Origin: Alphaproteobacteria bacterium
Lineage (GTDB): Bacteria > Pseudomonadota > Alphaproteobacteria > CACIAM-22H2
Direction of reading: 5' to 3'
DNA length: 64,000 nucleotides
NCBI GenBank assembly: GCA_016793045.1
Contig: JAEUKZ010000077.1
Location: 1,497 to 65,496, forward strand
Under the pieces are notes generated by a model that worked only from the letters and a program-made list of their open reading frames with translations, was not told the origin of the DNA and did not search any database. Numbering within the stretch: position 1 is the stretch's first letter; each line of letters opens with the position of its first letter. The translations under genes and the position numbers were made by a program. Positions 34,425 through 43,557 of the stretch are shown here, in pieces.

Positions 34425-35785
34425 GATTCTCCCATGGCCGCGCGCGCGCGCGCGACAACGCGGTCGACGACCGCCTGCGCCTCGCCGAGATACGAAGCCG
34501 GTTCCATCAACTTCTGGAGGGATGCTCGATCAAGATGCGCGGCCACCTGCGCGTCTTCCGCGAGCACATCGACCAAGGGCCGGCGGGCCGCAATCGCGGC
34601 GGCGCAGGCGTGCTCGACCACGTCATGCGCGACCGCTCGACCCAGATGCGGGGCGAGCGCCATCATCGCCGCCTCGGCGAGGATAAGGCCGCCCGTCGCA
34701 TCGAGATTGCGGCGCATGCGCTTGGCATCGATCGTCATCTCGGCGGCGATCGTCGAGGCATGCATCAGGGCGCCCGACGTGAGGACGAAGATCTGTGGCA
34801 GGGCAAGCTGCTCGCTCTGCCAAGGGCCTGTCGCGCGCTCATGATCCTGCACCATTGCGCTCAGCATCAACGGTACGAGGGCATGAACGCCGCGTGCGGC
34901 GGCGAGAACGTACTCGCTGGCTATCGGATTGCGCTTCTGCGGCATCGTGCTGGAACCGCCGCGCCCCTGCTGGTGGGGCTCGAACGCCTCGCCCACTTCC
35001 GTCTGCATCAACAGGACGATATCGGTCGCGAACTTCGCCAGCGAGCCGCAGATCAGCCCAAGCACCGCAGCGACCTCGGCGAGCGTCTCGCGTGCCACGT
35101 GCCACGGGGCATCCGGTGACGCGAGCCCGAGTTCCTCGGCCAGACCAACGGTGACGCTTCGGCCGCTGTCCCCGAGCGAGGCCAGCGTGCCGACCGCGCC
35201 GCCGAACTGCACGCGCAGGGCGCGCCGCCGCAGATCTTCGAGCCGCTGGCGATGGTCGATCAGCGGGGCGAGCCAGACCGCACACTTGTAACCGAAGGTG
35301 ACCGGCAGCGCATGCTGCAGGTGGGTGCGCCCTGCCATCACGTCGTCGCGATGCGCCACGGCCTTGTCCGCCAGGGCGCGCGCCATGGCGGCAAGCGCGT
35401 TGCCGATCAGGTCGAGCCCGGCGCGCATCTGCAGCACCAGCGCAGTGTCGAGAATGTCCTGGGTGGTTGCGCCCCAGTGAACGTACCGCGCAGCGTCCGC
35501 GCCCGCAGCCCTGGCCAATGCCTTGGTCAGGGCCACGACCGGATAGCCGACCAGCCTGGTGCTCGCGCCGAGCGACGTGACGTCGAGCAAGTCGACCTTG
35601 GCGGCCTTTGAGATCGCCGTGGCGGCCCCGGCCGGGATGAGCCCCAGCCGCGCTTCTACGCGCGCGAGCGCCGCCTCGACGTCGAGCATCGCCTGGAGCC
35701 AGGCGCGATCCGAGAACAGATCGCGCATCGCGTCCGTGCCGAACAATCCGCCGAGGATCGGCGAATCGATGGGATTTACGGCCAT
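34421..35785 (-). CDS. pcaB: 3-carboxy-cis,cis-muconate cycloisomerase
   Basis: Fumarase/aspartase-family signature GSSTMPQKRNP. 454 aa. Sits within a pca gene context. Confidence 0.9.
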   Translation of the reverse strand: MAVNPIDSPILGGLFGTDAMRDLFSDRAWLQAMLDVEAALARVEARLGLIPAGAATAISKAAKVDLLDVTSLGASTRLVGYPVVALTKALARAAGADAARYVHWGATTQDILDTALVLQMRAGLDLIGNALAAMARALADKAVAHRDDVMAGRTHLQHALPVTFGYKCAVWLAPLIDHRQRLEDLRRRALRVQFGGAVGTLASLGDSGRSVTVGLAEELGLASPDAPWHVARETLAEVAAVLGLICGSLAKFATDIVLLMQTEVGEAFEPHQQGRGGSSTMPQKRNPIASEYVLAAARGVHALVPLMLSAMVQDHERATGPWQSEQLALPQIFVLTSGALMHASTIAAEMTIDAKRMRRNLDATGGLILAEAAMMALAPHLGRAVAHDVVEHACAAAIAARRPLVDVLAEDAQVAAHLDRASLQKLMEPASYLGEAQAVVDRVVARARAAMGES

Positions 35786-35804
35786 TCCGGTCGTCCGATC
35801 GCCA

Positions 35805-36389
35805 TCACGCCTCGAAGAACACCGTCTCGCCGTCGCCCTGAAGGATGATGTCGAAGCGATAGGTGGTCACGCCGCCTTCCGTCGCTCCCGCCGACGCCAG
35901 GAGCGTCCGCCGCGCGACCGGATCGTCGATCGTCGCCAGGACCGGATCGCTCTCGTTCGCGGCGGACCGATCGGCGAAGTAGACCCGCGTCACGAGGTGC
36001 TTGAGCAGTCCACGGGCGAAGATCGTCATGTTGACGTGCGGCGCCTGCAACGTGTTGCCCCGACCCGGCACCCGTCCGGGCCTGACGGTCGTAAATGCGT
36101 AGCGCCCCTGTGCGTCCGTCGCGCAGCGGCCGAAGCCGCGAAAGCCTGGGTCGACGGGCTTTTCCTGTTCATCTTCGGGATGGTCGTACTTGCCGGCCGC
36201 ATTGGCCTGCCAGATCTCCAGCAGCGCATCCTGGACCGGCGCGCCGTCGCCGTCGCGGACCTGGCCTTCGATGCGGATGCGATCGCCGATCGCCTTGCCG
36301 CCGCCGGTGAGATCCGCCCACGCGGGTCGCTCGAGCCCGAAATGAAAGAACGGTCCGACGGTCTGCGAAGCGGTGGGAATTAGCTTCAT
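35805..36389 (-). CDS. pcaG: protocatechuate 3,4-dioxygenase alpha subunit
   Basis: 194 aa, MKLIPTASQTVGPFF, intradiol dioxygenase fold. Adjacent to pcaH. Confidence 0.9.
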   Translation of the reverse strand: MKLIPTASQTVGPFFHFGLERPAWADLTGGGKAIGDRIRIEGQVRDGDGAPVQDALLEIWQANAAGKYDHPEDEQEKPVDPGFRGFGRCATDAQGRYAFTTVRPGRVPGRGNTLQAPHVNMTIFARGLLKHLVTRVYFADRSAANESDPVLATIDDPVARRTLLASAGATEGGVTTYRFDIILQGDGETVFFEA

Positions 36390-36390
36390 C

Positions 36391-37098
36391 TCAGCTCTCC
36401 GTCGGCGTCGCCAGACGGCCGCGCAGCACGATGTCGAAGCGATAGCCCAGCGCGAACTCGGCCTCGCTCAGACCGGGATCGTAGGCCGAGATCAGCCGCT
36501 CGCGCGCCGCGCCGTCGGCGATGCTGTGATAGATTGGATCGAAGGCCAGCAGTGGATCGCCGGGAAAGTACATCTGCGTAACGATGCGCGTGACGAAGCC
36601 CGGGCCGAATACCGAGAAATGCAGGTGCTGCGCGCGCCAAGCGTTGTGGGTGTTCCGCCAGGGATAGGCACCCGGCTTGATCGTGAGAAAGCGCCATTCG
36701 CCGCGCTCGTTGGTCAGGACCTGACCAGCCCCGGTGAAGTTCGGGTCGAGAGGAGCCGGATGCTGATCGCGCGGATGGATGTAGCGGCCGGCCGAGTTCG
36801 CCTGCCACATTTCGAGGAGCGTACCGGCGACCGGGCGACCATCCTCGTCGAGCACGCGACCGGCGACAATGATGCGCTCACCGATCGGTTCGCCGCTGTG
36901 CTGGCGCGTCAGGTCCGCCATTTCCGGACCGGCCCAGCCGCTGGTGAAGGTCGGACCGGTCACCTCGCTCAAGGTATGCTCAAGCCGGATCTGGCCGCGC
37001 TTCGGCGCCCGCTTCACCGTGCTGCCATAGTCGGAATGCAGGTAGGGCGGTTGGCCGCCCTTGTACTCGCGCGCATATGGGCGCGGGTCGTTCGTCAT
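36391..37098 (-). CDS. pcaH: protocatechuate 3,4-dioxygenase beta subunit
   Basis: Start at the ATG at 37098 (MTNDPRPYAREYKGGQPPYLHSDY), preceded by AGGAGG. Intradiol Fe ligands are present (Y...Y...H...H context: HLHFSV). The ATG overlaps the pcaC stop (ATGA). Confidence 0.9.
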   Translation of the reverse strand: MTNDPRPYAREYKGGQPPYLHSDYGSTVKRAPKRGQIRLEHTLSEVTGPTFTSGWAGPEMADLTRQHSGEPIGERIIVAGRVLDEDGRPVAGTLLEMWQANSAGRYIHPRDQHPAPLDPNFTGAGQVLTNERGEWRFLTIKPGAYPWRNTHNAWRAQHLHFSVFGPGFVTRIVTQMYFPGDPLLAFDPIYHSIADGAARERLISAYDPGLSEAEFALGYRFDIVLRGRLATPTES

Positions 37099-37484
37099 GG
37101 CGAGTCCTCCTTGTCCATCTGATCGTAGGCCGCGCGCGCGTGGTGAAACGCCGAATTCGCCGCCGGCACGCCAGCATAGACTGCGACCTGAAGCAGAACC
37201 TCGCGCACTTCGTCGCGGGTCACGCCGGTGTTGCGTGTCGCCCGGATATGCAGCTTGAGTTCTTCGGTGTGGCCGAGCGCCGCAAGCATGGCGATCGTCA
37301 ACAAGCTCCGCGTCTTGCGGTCGAGCCCCGGCCGCGTCCAAACGCCCCCCCAAGCAAATCGCGTGATGAAGGTCTGGAAATCCCGGTCGAAGTCGGTCGC
37401 GTTCGCGCGCGACCGTTCGACGTGCGCTTCACCGAGGACCGACTTGCGGACCTCGAGGCCTCGATCGAAGAGGTCGTCAGCCAT
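37095..37484 (-). CDS. pcaC: 4-carboxymuconolactone decarboxylase
   Basis: 129 aa, MADDLFDRGLEVRKSVLGEAHVERS, CMD-family. The upstream 137 codons of the track ORF are a shadow. Confidence 0.88.
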   Translation of the reverse strand: MADDLFDRGLEVRKSVLGEAHVERSRANATDFDRDFQTFITRFAWGGVWTRPGLDRKTRSLLTIAMLAALGHTEELKLHIRATRNTGVTRDEVREVLLQVAVYAGVPAANSAFHHARAAYDQMDKEDSP

Positions 37485-37489
37485 CGCGC

Positions 37490-38290
37490 CTACCTCGCAA
37501 CCGAACCGAGGAATGACAGGAGCGTGCGATTGAGCTCCTCGGGGCGCTCGATCGTCGGGATATGTGCGGCCTGCTCGATCACCACCAGCCGGGCACCGGC
37601 AATCGAATCGCGCAGGGCCGCTGCCGCTTCGGGCGGTGTCGCGCGATCCTGGTCGCCGACGACGACGAGCGTCGGGCACGCGATGCGCGGGCCGTCCGCG
37701 GCAAGATCGGCATCGCGAATGGCAAGGCACGCAGCCGCATAGGCTTCGACCGGCGTGCGCGCCAGCATCACCGCGAAACCCCGCGCCGTCGCTTGCGCGC
37801 GCTCGCGAAATGCGTCCGTGAACCAGCGTGCCAGCACGCCTTCGACGATCACCGCCATCCCGCCGCGGCGCACCGCGGCAACGCGATCGTCCCATAGGGT
37901 CGGTGGCCCGATGCGGTTTGCCGTGTCGCAGAGCACCAGCGAGGACACGCGCGACGGCGCCTTCGCCGCCAGGCGCTGGCCGATCATGCCGCCGATCGAC
38001 AGCCCGCAGAAATTGACCTGCGCGATCCCCAAGGCGTCCATAAGGGCGATCGCATCGTCCGCATAGCGATCGATGTCCGGCGGCGCATCGGTCGGCGCAG
38101 GCAGTTCAGTGAGCCCGTGGCCGCGCTTGTCGTAGCGGAGCACGCGAAAGCGCGCCGCGAGTGCGGACGCCTGCGGGTCCCAGACGTGGAAGTTGGTGCC
38201 CAGCGAGTTCGCAAGCATCACGACCGGCGCACCCGCCGGCCCGCTGAGGTCGTAGTGGACGGCGAGCCCACCCGCGGCAATGAACGGCAT
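37490..38290 (-). CDS. pcaD: 3-oxoadipate enol-lactonase (alpha/beta hydrolase)
   Basis: 266 aa, HGLTELP...GLSIGGMIG nucleophile elbow. Sits within a pca gene context. Confidence 0.85.
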   Translation of the reverse strand: MPFIAAGGLAVHYDLSGPAGAPVVMLANSLGTNFHVWDPQASALAARFRVLRYDKRGHGLTELPAPTDAPPDIDRYADDAIALMDALGIAQVNFCGLSIGGMIGQRLAAKAPSRVSSLVLCDTANRIGPPTLWDDRVAAVRRGGMAVIVEGVLARWFTDAFRERAQATARGFAVMLARTPVEAYAAACLAIRDADLAADGPRIACPTLVVVGDQDRATPPEAAAALRDSIAGARLVVIEQAAHIPTIERPEELNRTLLSFLGSVAR

Positions 38291-38300
38291 GTCTCGCGTC

Positions 38301-39092
38301 CTAGCTCGCGGTCGACGCTGTGCCGTGCGCCGCGGCGGTCCGGCGCTTGAGCGCGCGGAGCGCCTCCAGGCTCGGCACGTCCGGCGCAGGCGTCATTCGT
38401 AGACTGTCCGACACCTTCAGCGCCCACCCTGTGGCGGCGCGAACCTGGTCGACCGTCGTGCCGGGATGGAGTTGCGTCAACGTGAGTTCCTTCGTTTCCG
38501 GATGCGGTTCGAGCACGCCGAGATCGGTGATGACGCGGGTGGGGCCCTTCGTCGCGACGCCGCGCCGTGCGCGATCAATGCCCCCGGTGCCGTGGCCGAT
38601 CGATGTCACGAAATCGAGCTGGTCGACGAAAGCACGCTTGTTCTGGCGCAGGATGATGAATACCTCCTTCGCCGACAGGGCAATTTCAGGCGCACCGCCC
38701 GCACCCGGCAGGCGGGTCTTCGGCTTGTCGTAGTCGCCGATGACGGTCGTGTTGATGTTGGCGAAACGGTCGATCTGCGCCGCACCGAGGAAGCCGACAT
38801 CGATGCGGCCGCCCTGAAGCCAGTAGGCAAAGATCTCCGGTACCGAGACGACCGCATCCGCCGTTTCCGCGAGTTCCCCGTCTCCGATCGACAGCGGCAG
38901 GACCGTCGGCTTGGCACCGATCGTGCCGCTTTCGTAGATCAGCACCAGCTCGGGCGCATGGGTCAGGCGCGCCAGATTCGCCGCAGTCGACGGCAATCCG
39001 ATGCCGACGAAACACACGACGCCACCCTTAAGCTGTCGCGCCGCTTCGACGGCCATCAACTCCTCGTTGGTGAAGGCGAGGGCGTCAGACAT
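38301..39092 (-). CDS. pcaJ: 3-oxoadipate CoA-transferase subunit B
   Basis: Starts MSDALAFTNEELMAVEAARQL. It has CoA-transferase beta motifs. The ATG at 39092 overlaps the pcaI 3' end by 8 nt. Confidence 0.88.
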   Translation of the reverse strand: MSDALAFTNEELMAVEAARQLKGGVVCFVGIGLPSTAANLARLTHAPELVLIYESGTIGAKPTVLPLSIGDGELAETADAVVSVPEIFAYWLQGGRIDVGFLGAAQIDRFANINTTVIGDYDKPKTRLPGAGGAPEIALSAKEVFIILRQNKRAFVDQLDFVTSIGHGTGGIDRARRGVATKGPTRVITDLGVLEPHPETKELTLTQLHPGTTVDQVRAATGWALKVSDSLRMTPAPDVPSLEALRALKRRTAAAHGTASTAS

Positions 39093-39933
39093 GGGGCTTC
39101 GCCGGCGTGCCATGGACAGACGCCTTTTCGAGTACATTTGCCTTCATCCAAGCCTCGAATCCGATGCGATCGCGGGCGATGCCGTCCCACGTGCCATAGA
39201 AGGCGTTGTCGCGCGGGTAATAGCCCTGGGCGTAGGAGGGGCGCGCTCCTCCCGGCGCAGGGCATACCGCGGCAATCACCCAATTGGGGATGACGACCGC
39301 CTGCGGCGGCGGCCGTAGTTCATCGACAACCTCCTCGACCGTGACGATCGCAGCGCGCCGCGCCGCGAGCACGGCCTCCTTCTGGACCCCGACGATGCCC
39401 CAGATCAGCACGTTGCCGCGCCGGTCTGCCTGCTGAGCGTGAACGATCGAGACGTCGGGCCGCAATGCGGGGACGGCCGCCAGTTTCTCGCCGGTGAACG
39501 GGCAGGTCACCGACCGTACGTTCGAATTGTGCGTCGGCAGGTCGGTGCCGACGAACCCGCGCAATGTGGCGAACGGCAGGTTCGCAGCACCGGCCGCATA
39601 GGCCGCGGCCATTGCCGCGTGGCTGTATTCCTCGATTGCGAGCGCCGCCGGCCAGCCATTCTCGATCGCGTCGCGAAAGCGATGGAGCGATCCCACGCCC
39701 GGATTGCCGCCCCAGGAGAACACCAACCGCTTCGCGCACCCCATGCCGATGAGTTGGTCGTAGATGACGTCCGGTGTCATGCGGATGAGCGTCAGGCCTC
39801 GCCGCCCCTGCCGGATGATCTCGTGGCCAGCTTCATGGGGGATGAGATGGGTGAAACCTTCGAGCGCAACGCTGTCGCCATCTCGCACATGCGCGGCAAT
39901 GGCTTCGCTCAGTGCGACGATCCGACCAGCCAA
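39085..39933 (-). CDS. pcaI: 3-oxoadipate CoA-transferase subunit A
   Basis: Start assigned to the TTG at 39933 (LAGRIVALSEAIAAHVRDGDSVALEGF), 5 nt downstream of GGGAGGAG. The upstream ATG at 40047 has no SD and would place the start inside a lower-GC operator-like region. Confidence 0.8.
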   Translation of the reverse strand: MAGRIVALSEAIAAHVRDGDSVALEGFTHLIPHEAGHEIIRQGRRGLTLIRMTPDVIYDQLIGMGCAKRLVFSWGGNPGVGSLHRFRDAIENGWPAALAIEEYSHAAMAAAYAAGAANLPFATLRGFVGTDLPTHNSNVRSVTCPFTGEKLAAVPALRPDVSIVHAQQADRRGNVLIWGIVGVQKEAVLAARRAAIVTVEEVVDELRPPPQAVVIPNWVIAAVCPAPGGARPSYAQGYYPRDNAFYGTWDGIARDRIGFEAWMKANVLEKASVHGTPAKPHV

Positions 39934-39967
39934 AGTCTCCTCCCGTATCGGCGGCGCCGATTGTGCG

Positions 39968-39996
39968 ATAACCGAACAAGCATTCGCTATGAGAAC
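39968..39996 (-). promoter_or_regulatory. candidate PcaR operator: two GTTCnnnTAT-type 10-mers (GTTCTCATAG, GTTCGGTTAT) in the pcaI upstream region
   Basis: The minus strand reads GTTCTCATAGcgaatgcttGTTCGGTTATcgcac. GTTCGGTTATCGCAC resembles the GTTCGATAATCGCAC PcaR box described for Pseudomonas putida, as I recall it from the literature. The local GC content is lower than its surroundings. Confidence 0.3.
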
Positions 39997-40081
39997 ATAC
40001 GAAGTTTGAGCGCGGTCGGCAATCCGTCGGACGGCGCGGCACAACATGCTGATTAAAAAGCGAGAAACGGATATCGGCGCG

Positions 40082-40963
40082 CTACTCGGGCTGGGGGATC
40101 AGGTCGACGGCGACGGTCAGGCTGTGCGCCCCCCCGCCGAGGATGACTCCGCGGACCGGGCTGACGTCGCCATAGTCCCGCCCCCAGGCCGCGACCACAT
40201 GCTCATCGCCGACGACCAGATCGTTGGTGGGATCGAGATCGATCCAGCCGTTCTCCGCGCCGCACCACAACGAGGCCCAGGCATGACTGGCATCGGCGCC
40301 GCGCAACGCGTCGTCGTGTGCCGGGCGATGCGTTGCGATGTAGCCGGACACGTAACGCGCCGCGAGCCCGAGCGAGCGCAGCGCGGCGACCTGGAGATGC
40401 GCGAAGTCCTGGCAGACCCCGGCGCGCTTCTCCAGCACCTCCGCCAGCGGCGTCGACAGATCGGTCGCCGTCGGATCGTAGCGGAACTCACGGTTGATCC
40501 GATGCGTAAGGTCGACCGCGGCGGCGAGGACCGGCCGTCCTTCGGGGAACGAGGCACGGGCGAAGTCGGCGACGGCGGCGCTCGCCGTCGCCAGCGGCGA
40601 GTCGAGCACGAACTCGCTTTCCCCGGCCGCCTCCGGCAGTCCGTCGCCAGCCAGTGCATCGCGAATTGCCTCCCACGTCGGGGTGGCATCGGACCGCGGG
40701 ACGGCGCGTGGCGCGACGTCGACTTCCGCATCGAGCAGGACGGAAAACCGATCGTGCGGCGCTTCGATCGCGAGAAATGTCACGCGGTTGCCGAAGTGAT
40801 CGACGAACTTCGACCGGCGCTCGGCCGCCGGCGTGCAGTCTACGACGACGCGCGTCGCGCGCTGCCACGGCAATGTACGCACGTCGAGCCGGAGCACATG
40901 ATGCGACAGGTCGACCGTCGCCCCGTAGTCGTAGGTCGTCTCGTGGCGCAGGCGATAGCGCAT
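40082..40963 (-). CDS. transglutaminase-like family protein (small; N-terminal bacterial TGase-like domain plus Cys-protease core)
   Basis: 293 aa from MRYRLRHETTYDYG (typical N-terminus). AGVCQDFAHL catalytic-Cys region. The ATG overlaps the upstream stop (TGATG). Confidence 0.85.
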   Translation of the reverse strand: MRYRLRHETTYDYGATVDLSHHVLRLDVRTLPWQRATRVVVDCTPAAERRSKFVDHFGNRVTFLAIEAPHDRFSVLLDAEVDVAPRAVPRSDATPTWEAIRDALAGDGLPEAAGESEFVLDSPLATASAAVADFARASFPEGRPVLAAAVDLTHRINREFRYDPTATDLSTPLAEVLEKRAGVCQDFAHLQVAALRSLGLAARYVSGYIATHRPAHDDALRGADASHAWASLWCGAENGWIDLDPTNDLVVGDEHVVAAWGRDYGDVSPVRGVILGGGAHSLTVAVDLIPQPE

Positions 40964-43524
40964 CAGCCGTAACCCACGGCGCGCGCGGCCTGCACATGAG
41001 AGAAGTACGACCGCGTGATCTCGTCCGACAGTCCCAACATGGCCTGCTCGACATCCGCGACGCGCTGCCTCAGCGAGGCCATCGCCGATGCAACCACCGT
41101 GTCGTCCAGGTCGTCGCGGTCGAAGGCGACGACCACCTCCACCAGCGTCTCGAACGGGGCAAGCATGTCCCGGCCGACGGCCCCGGCGCCGCGCGCCGGC
41201 AGGGCGGCGAGATGCCAGCGGATTGCGGCGGCTTGAAAGGCCAGCGACTGCGGGTTGCTGTCGTCGAGCAGCAGCAGGTCGAGGACCGGCGCGGGCTGGA
41301 GGGCGGCGAGATAGCGTGTGCGATAGGTGATCGTCGAGTCGCAGAGTTCGAGCGCCAGGTGCAACGCCGACTCCCAGTTCGGCCGCGGCGTCTCCTGCAC
41401 GCCGAGGATGACCCGCGCGACGTAGACCGCACGCTCCAGCCGATGGCCGAGGTCGAGGAATCGCCACCCACTGCCGCGCGTCATGTTCTCGGATGCCATT
41501 CCCGCCAGCGCGGCTGACACGCGCACGAGGTCGTCTAGCAGGTCGAGCATGCGGTCGGCATTCCCGGTCGCCCAGTCGAGACGGCCGCGCAGATCCCCAA
41601 GGAGATGATTGACCGTTCGCCACATGTCGACGGAGAAGCGATCGCGCGCCGATGCGGCAAGCCGGTCCATCGCCTGCAGAGTCTGATCCATCAGCCGCCC
41701 CGGCGCGAAGGCATGCACCAGCGCATGCGACAACAGCATTCCGTCGGGCGGCGCAGCAGCCACGGCCGGATCGACGATGCCGCACCGCGCGAGGACCCGC
41801 GTTATCGCCGCCATCTCGACGAAGTCGCGCGCGCCGGCGAAGCCCGACACGACGCGCTGCAGTGCCGCGCGCAGCAGCCGCCCGCCGTTGTCGAGCCGCT
41901 CGGCATTGCGCCCCAGCCAATAGAGGTTGTCGGCAGCCCGGCTGGGTAGCTCTCCGACCGTCCGCCGGATGACGATGCGGTTGCGTGCCGGCCGTGCGAC
42001 CGATCCACCGTCCGCCGGCTCGTCGGCCTCCACCCAGACGTCCTTGTTGACGCCCCCGCGCTGCAGCGAGGCCCGCAGCGGGTCGTTTCCCGCCGGCACG
42101 CGCGCGATTCCGCCCGGCATCACCGCGTAACCGCCGCGATCGGCGGTGGCGAAGACACGCAGCACGATCGACTGCGGTTCGAGGCCGGCGGCACCGAGGC
42201 CCGGCGCGACCGATGCCACGATGGCTTCCTGGGCCACGAACCCGTCGGGACGGTTGCGAAGCCGCGCGACCAGCGCCGCGCGAGCCTCCGCATCGAGCGC
42301 CGCGACATGCACGGGCTCGCCGCCGGCGGAGAATGCCGGGCGCAGCGCAAGCTCCGGCAGCCGGTCCATCACTTCGTTGAGCGCGTAGGACTGGCCGCAC
42401 CACCAGGTTGCCACCGATGGCAGCCGCAACGCTTCGCCCAGCAGCTGCTCGGCGAGGCGCGGCAGGAACGCGGCAAGCGCGGGCGTGTCGACAAGGCCGC
42501 TGCCAAGCGCGTTGGCGAGCGACACGTTGCCGGCGCGGACCGCGTCGAGCAGACCCACGACACCGAGTGCGGAATCGCCGCGCAGTTCGAGTGGATCGCA
42601 CCAGTTGCCGTCGACGCGCCGCAGGATGACGTCGACAGGCTGGAGACCGCCCAGCGTCTTAAGGAAGATCCGGCCGCCGCGCGCCGTCAGATCGGCGCCC
42701 TCGACCATCGTCGCCCCAAGTTGGCGAGCGAGGTATACGTGTTCGAAGTAGGCTTCGTTGAAGGGCCCTGGCGTCAGCAGCACGATGCGCGGGTTGTCGC
42801 GGTCGCCGCGTGAGCGCGCCTGGAGGTCCGCCTGCCAGGCGTCGAAAAAGGATGCGATCGGCCGCACCCTGCTCGCCCGGAACGCCTCGCCCATCACCCG
42901 CGTCATGACGCGCCGGTTCTGCAGCGCATAGGCTGCACCAGCCGGTCCCTGGGCGCGATCGGCGACGACCCGCCAGATTCCGTCCGGGGAGCGCGTCAGG
43001 TCCACGGCATAGTGCTGGAGATGGGCCGTCGGCGCGCCATGCACTGCGTTACGGCATGGCCGCAGAAAATCCGCACTGCCGAAGACGAGCGCCGGCGGGT
43101 AGCGGTGCGCCGTGAGAAGCGTTTGCGGGCCGTAGAGGTCCGCAAGCACGCGGTCAAGCAGGTGCGCCCGCTGGATGACGCCGGCTTCGATCGTCGCCCA
43201 TTCCTCGGTACAGATCACCAGGGGCAGCGGATCGAGCGCCCACGGGCGCTGAAGTCCTGGCGCGCGCGCGCTGCCGCGACCGCGTATCGGCGCATCCGCG
43301 GCGGCGTAAAGGTTGAAGGTGACTCCGTCTTCCTCGAGATGCTGGCGCGCGCGTTCGGCGCGATCGGCGATACCGCCGTCGCCAAGCTGGCTCAACGACC
43401 CGAACAGCGGCTGCCAGTGCTTACGAATGGCGCCCTGGCCGGTGACCATCTCGTCATAGCCGGCAGGCGCCGTGGGCGCATCGGCGCCAGCACCGTTCGA
43501 TCGGGCGAGCAATGACGAAACCAT
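40963..43524 (-). CDS. circularly permuted type-2 ATP-grasp protein fused to an alpha-E domain (853 aa)
   Basis: The N-terminal half carries GYDEM...IRKHW and the ATP-grasp region (PRIVLLTPGPFNEAYFEHVYLARQLG). The C-terminal ~300 aa form an alpha-E-like helical domain. It is normally found as two separate genes next to transglutaminases. Confidence 0.85.
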   Translation of the reverse strand: MVSSLLARSNGAGADAPTAPAGYDEMVTGQGAIRKHWQPLFGSLSQLGDGGIADRAERARQHLEEDGVTFNLYAAADAPIRGRGSARAPGLQRPWALDPLPLVICTEEWATIEAGVIQRAHLLDRVLADLYGPQTLLTAHRYPPALVFGSADFLRPCRNAVHGAPTAHLQHYAVDLTRSPDGIWRVVADRAQGPAGAAYALQNRRVMTRVMGEAFRASRVRPIASFFDAWQADLQARSRGDRDNPRIVLLTPGPFNEAYFEHVYLARQLGATMVEGADLTARGGRIFLKTLGGLQPVDVILRRVDGNWCDPLELRGDSALGVVGLLDAVRAGNVSLANALGSGLVDTPALAAFLPRLAEQLLGEALRLPSVATWWCGQSYALNEVMDRLPELALRPAFSAGGEPVHVAALDAEARAALVARLRNRPDGFVAQEAIVASVAPGLGAAGLEPQSIVLRVFATADRGGYAVMPGGIARVPAGNDPLRASLQRGGVNKDVWVEADEPADGGSVARPARNRIVIRRTVGELPSRAADNLYWLGRNAERLDNGGRLLRAALQRVVSGFAGARDFVEMAAITRVLARCGIVDPAVAAAPPDGMLLSHALVHAFAPGRLMDQTLQAMDRLAASARDRFSVDMWRTVNHLLGDLRGRLDWATGNADRMLDLLDDLVRVSAALAGMASENMTRGSGWRFLDLGHRLERAVYVARVILGVQETPRPNWESALHLALELCDSTITYRTRYLAALQPAPVLDLLLLDDSNPQSLAFQAAAIRWHLAALPARGAGAVGRDMLAPFETLVEVVVAFDRDDLDDTVVASAMASLRQRVADVEQAMLGLSDEITRSYFSHVQAARAVGYG

Positions 43525-43557
43525 GAGCGGCCGGAGCGATCCCTACGGGGGCGAATC

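Noticed and set aside
40046-40972. 308-aa plus-strand ORF
   Set aside because: Antisense shadow of the small transglutaminase gene.
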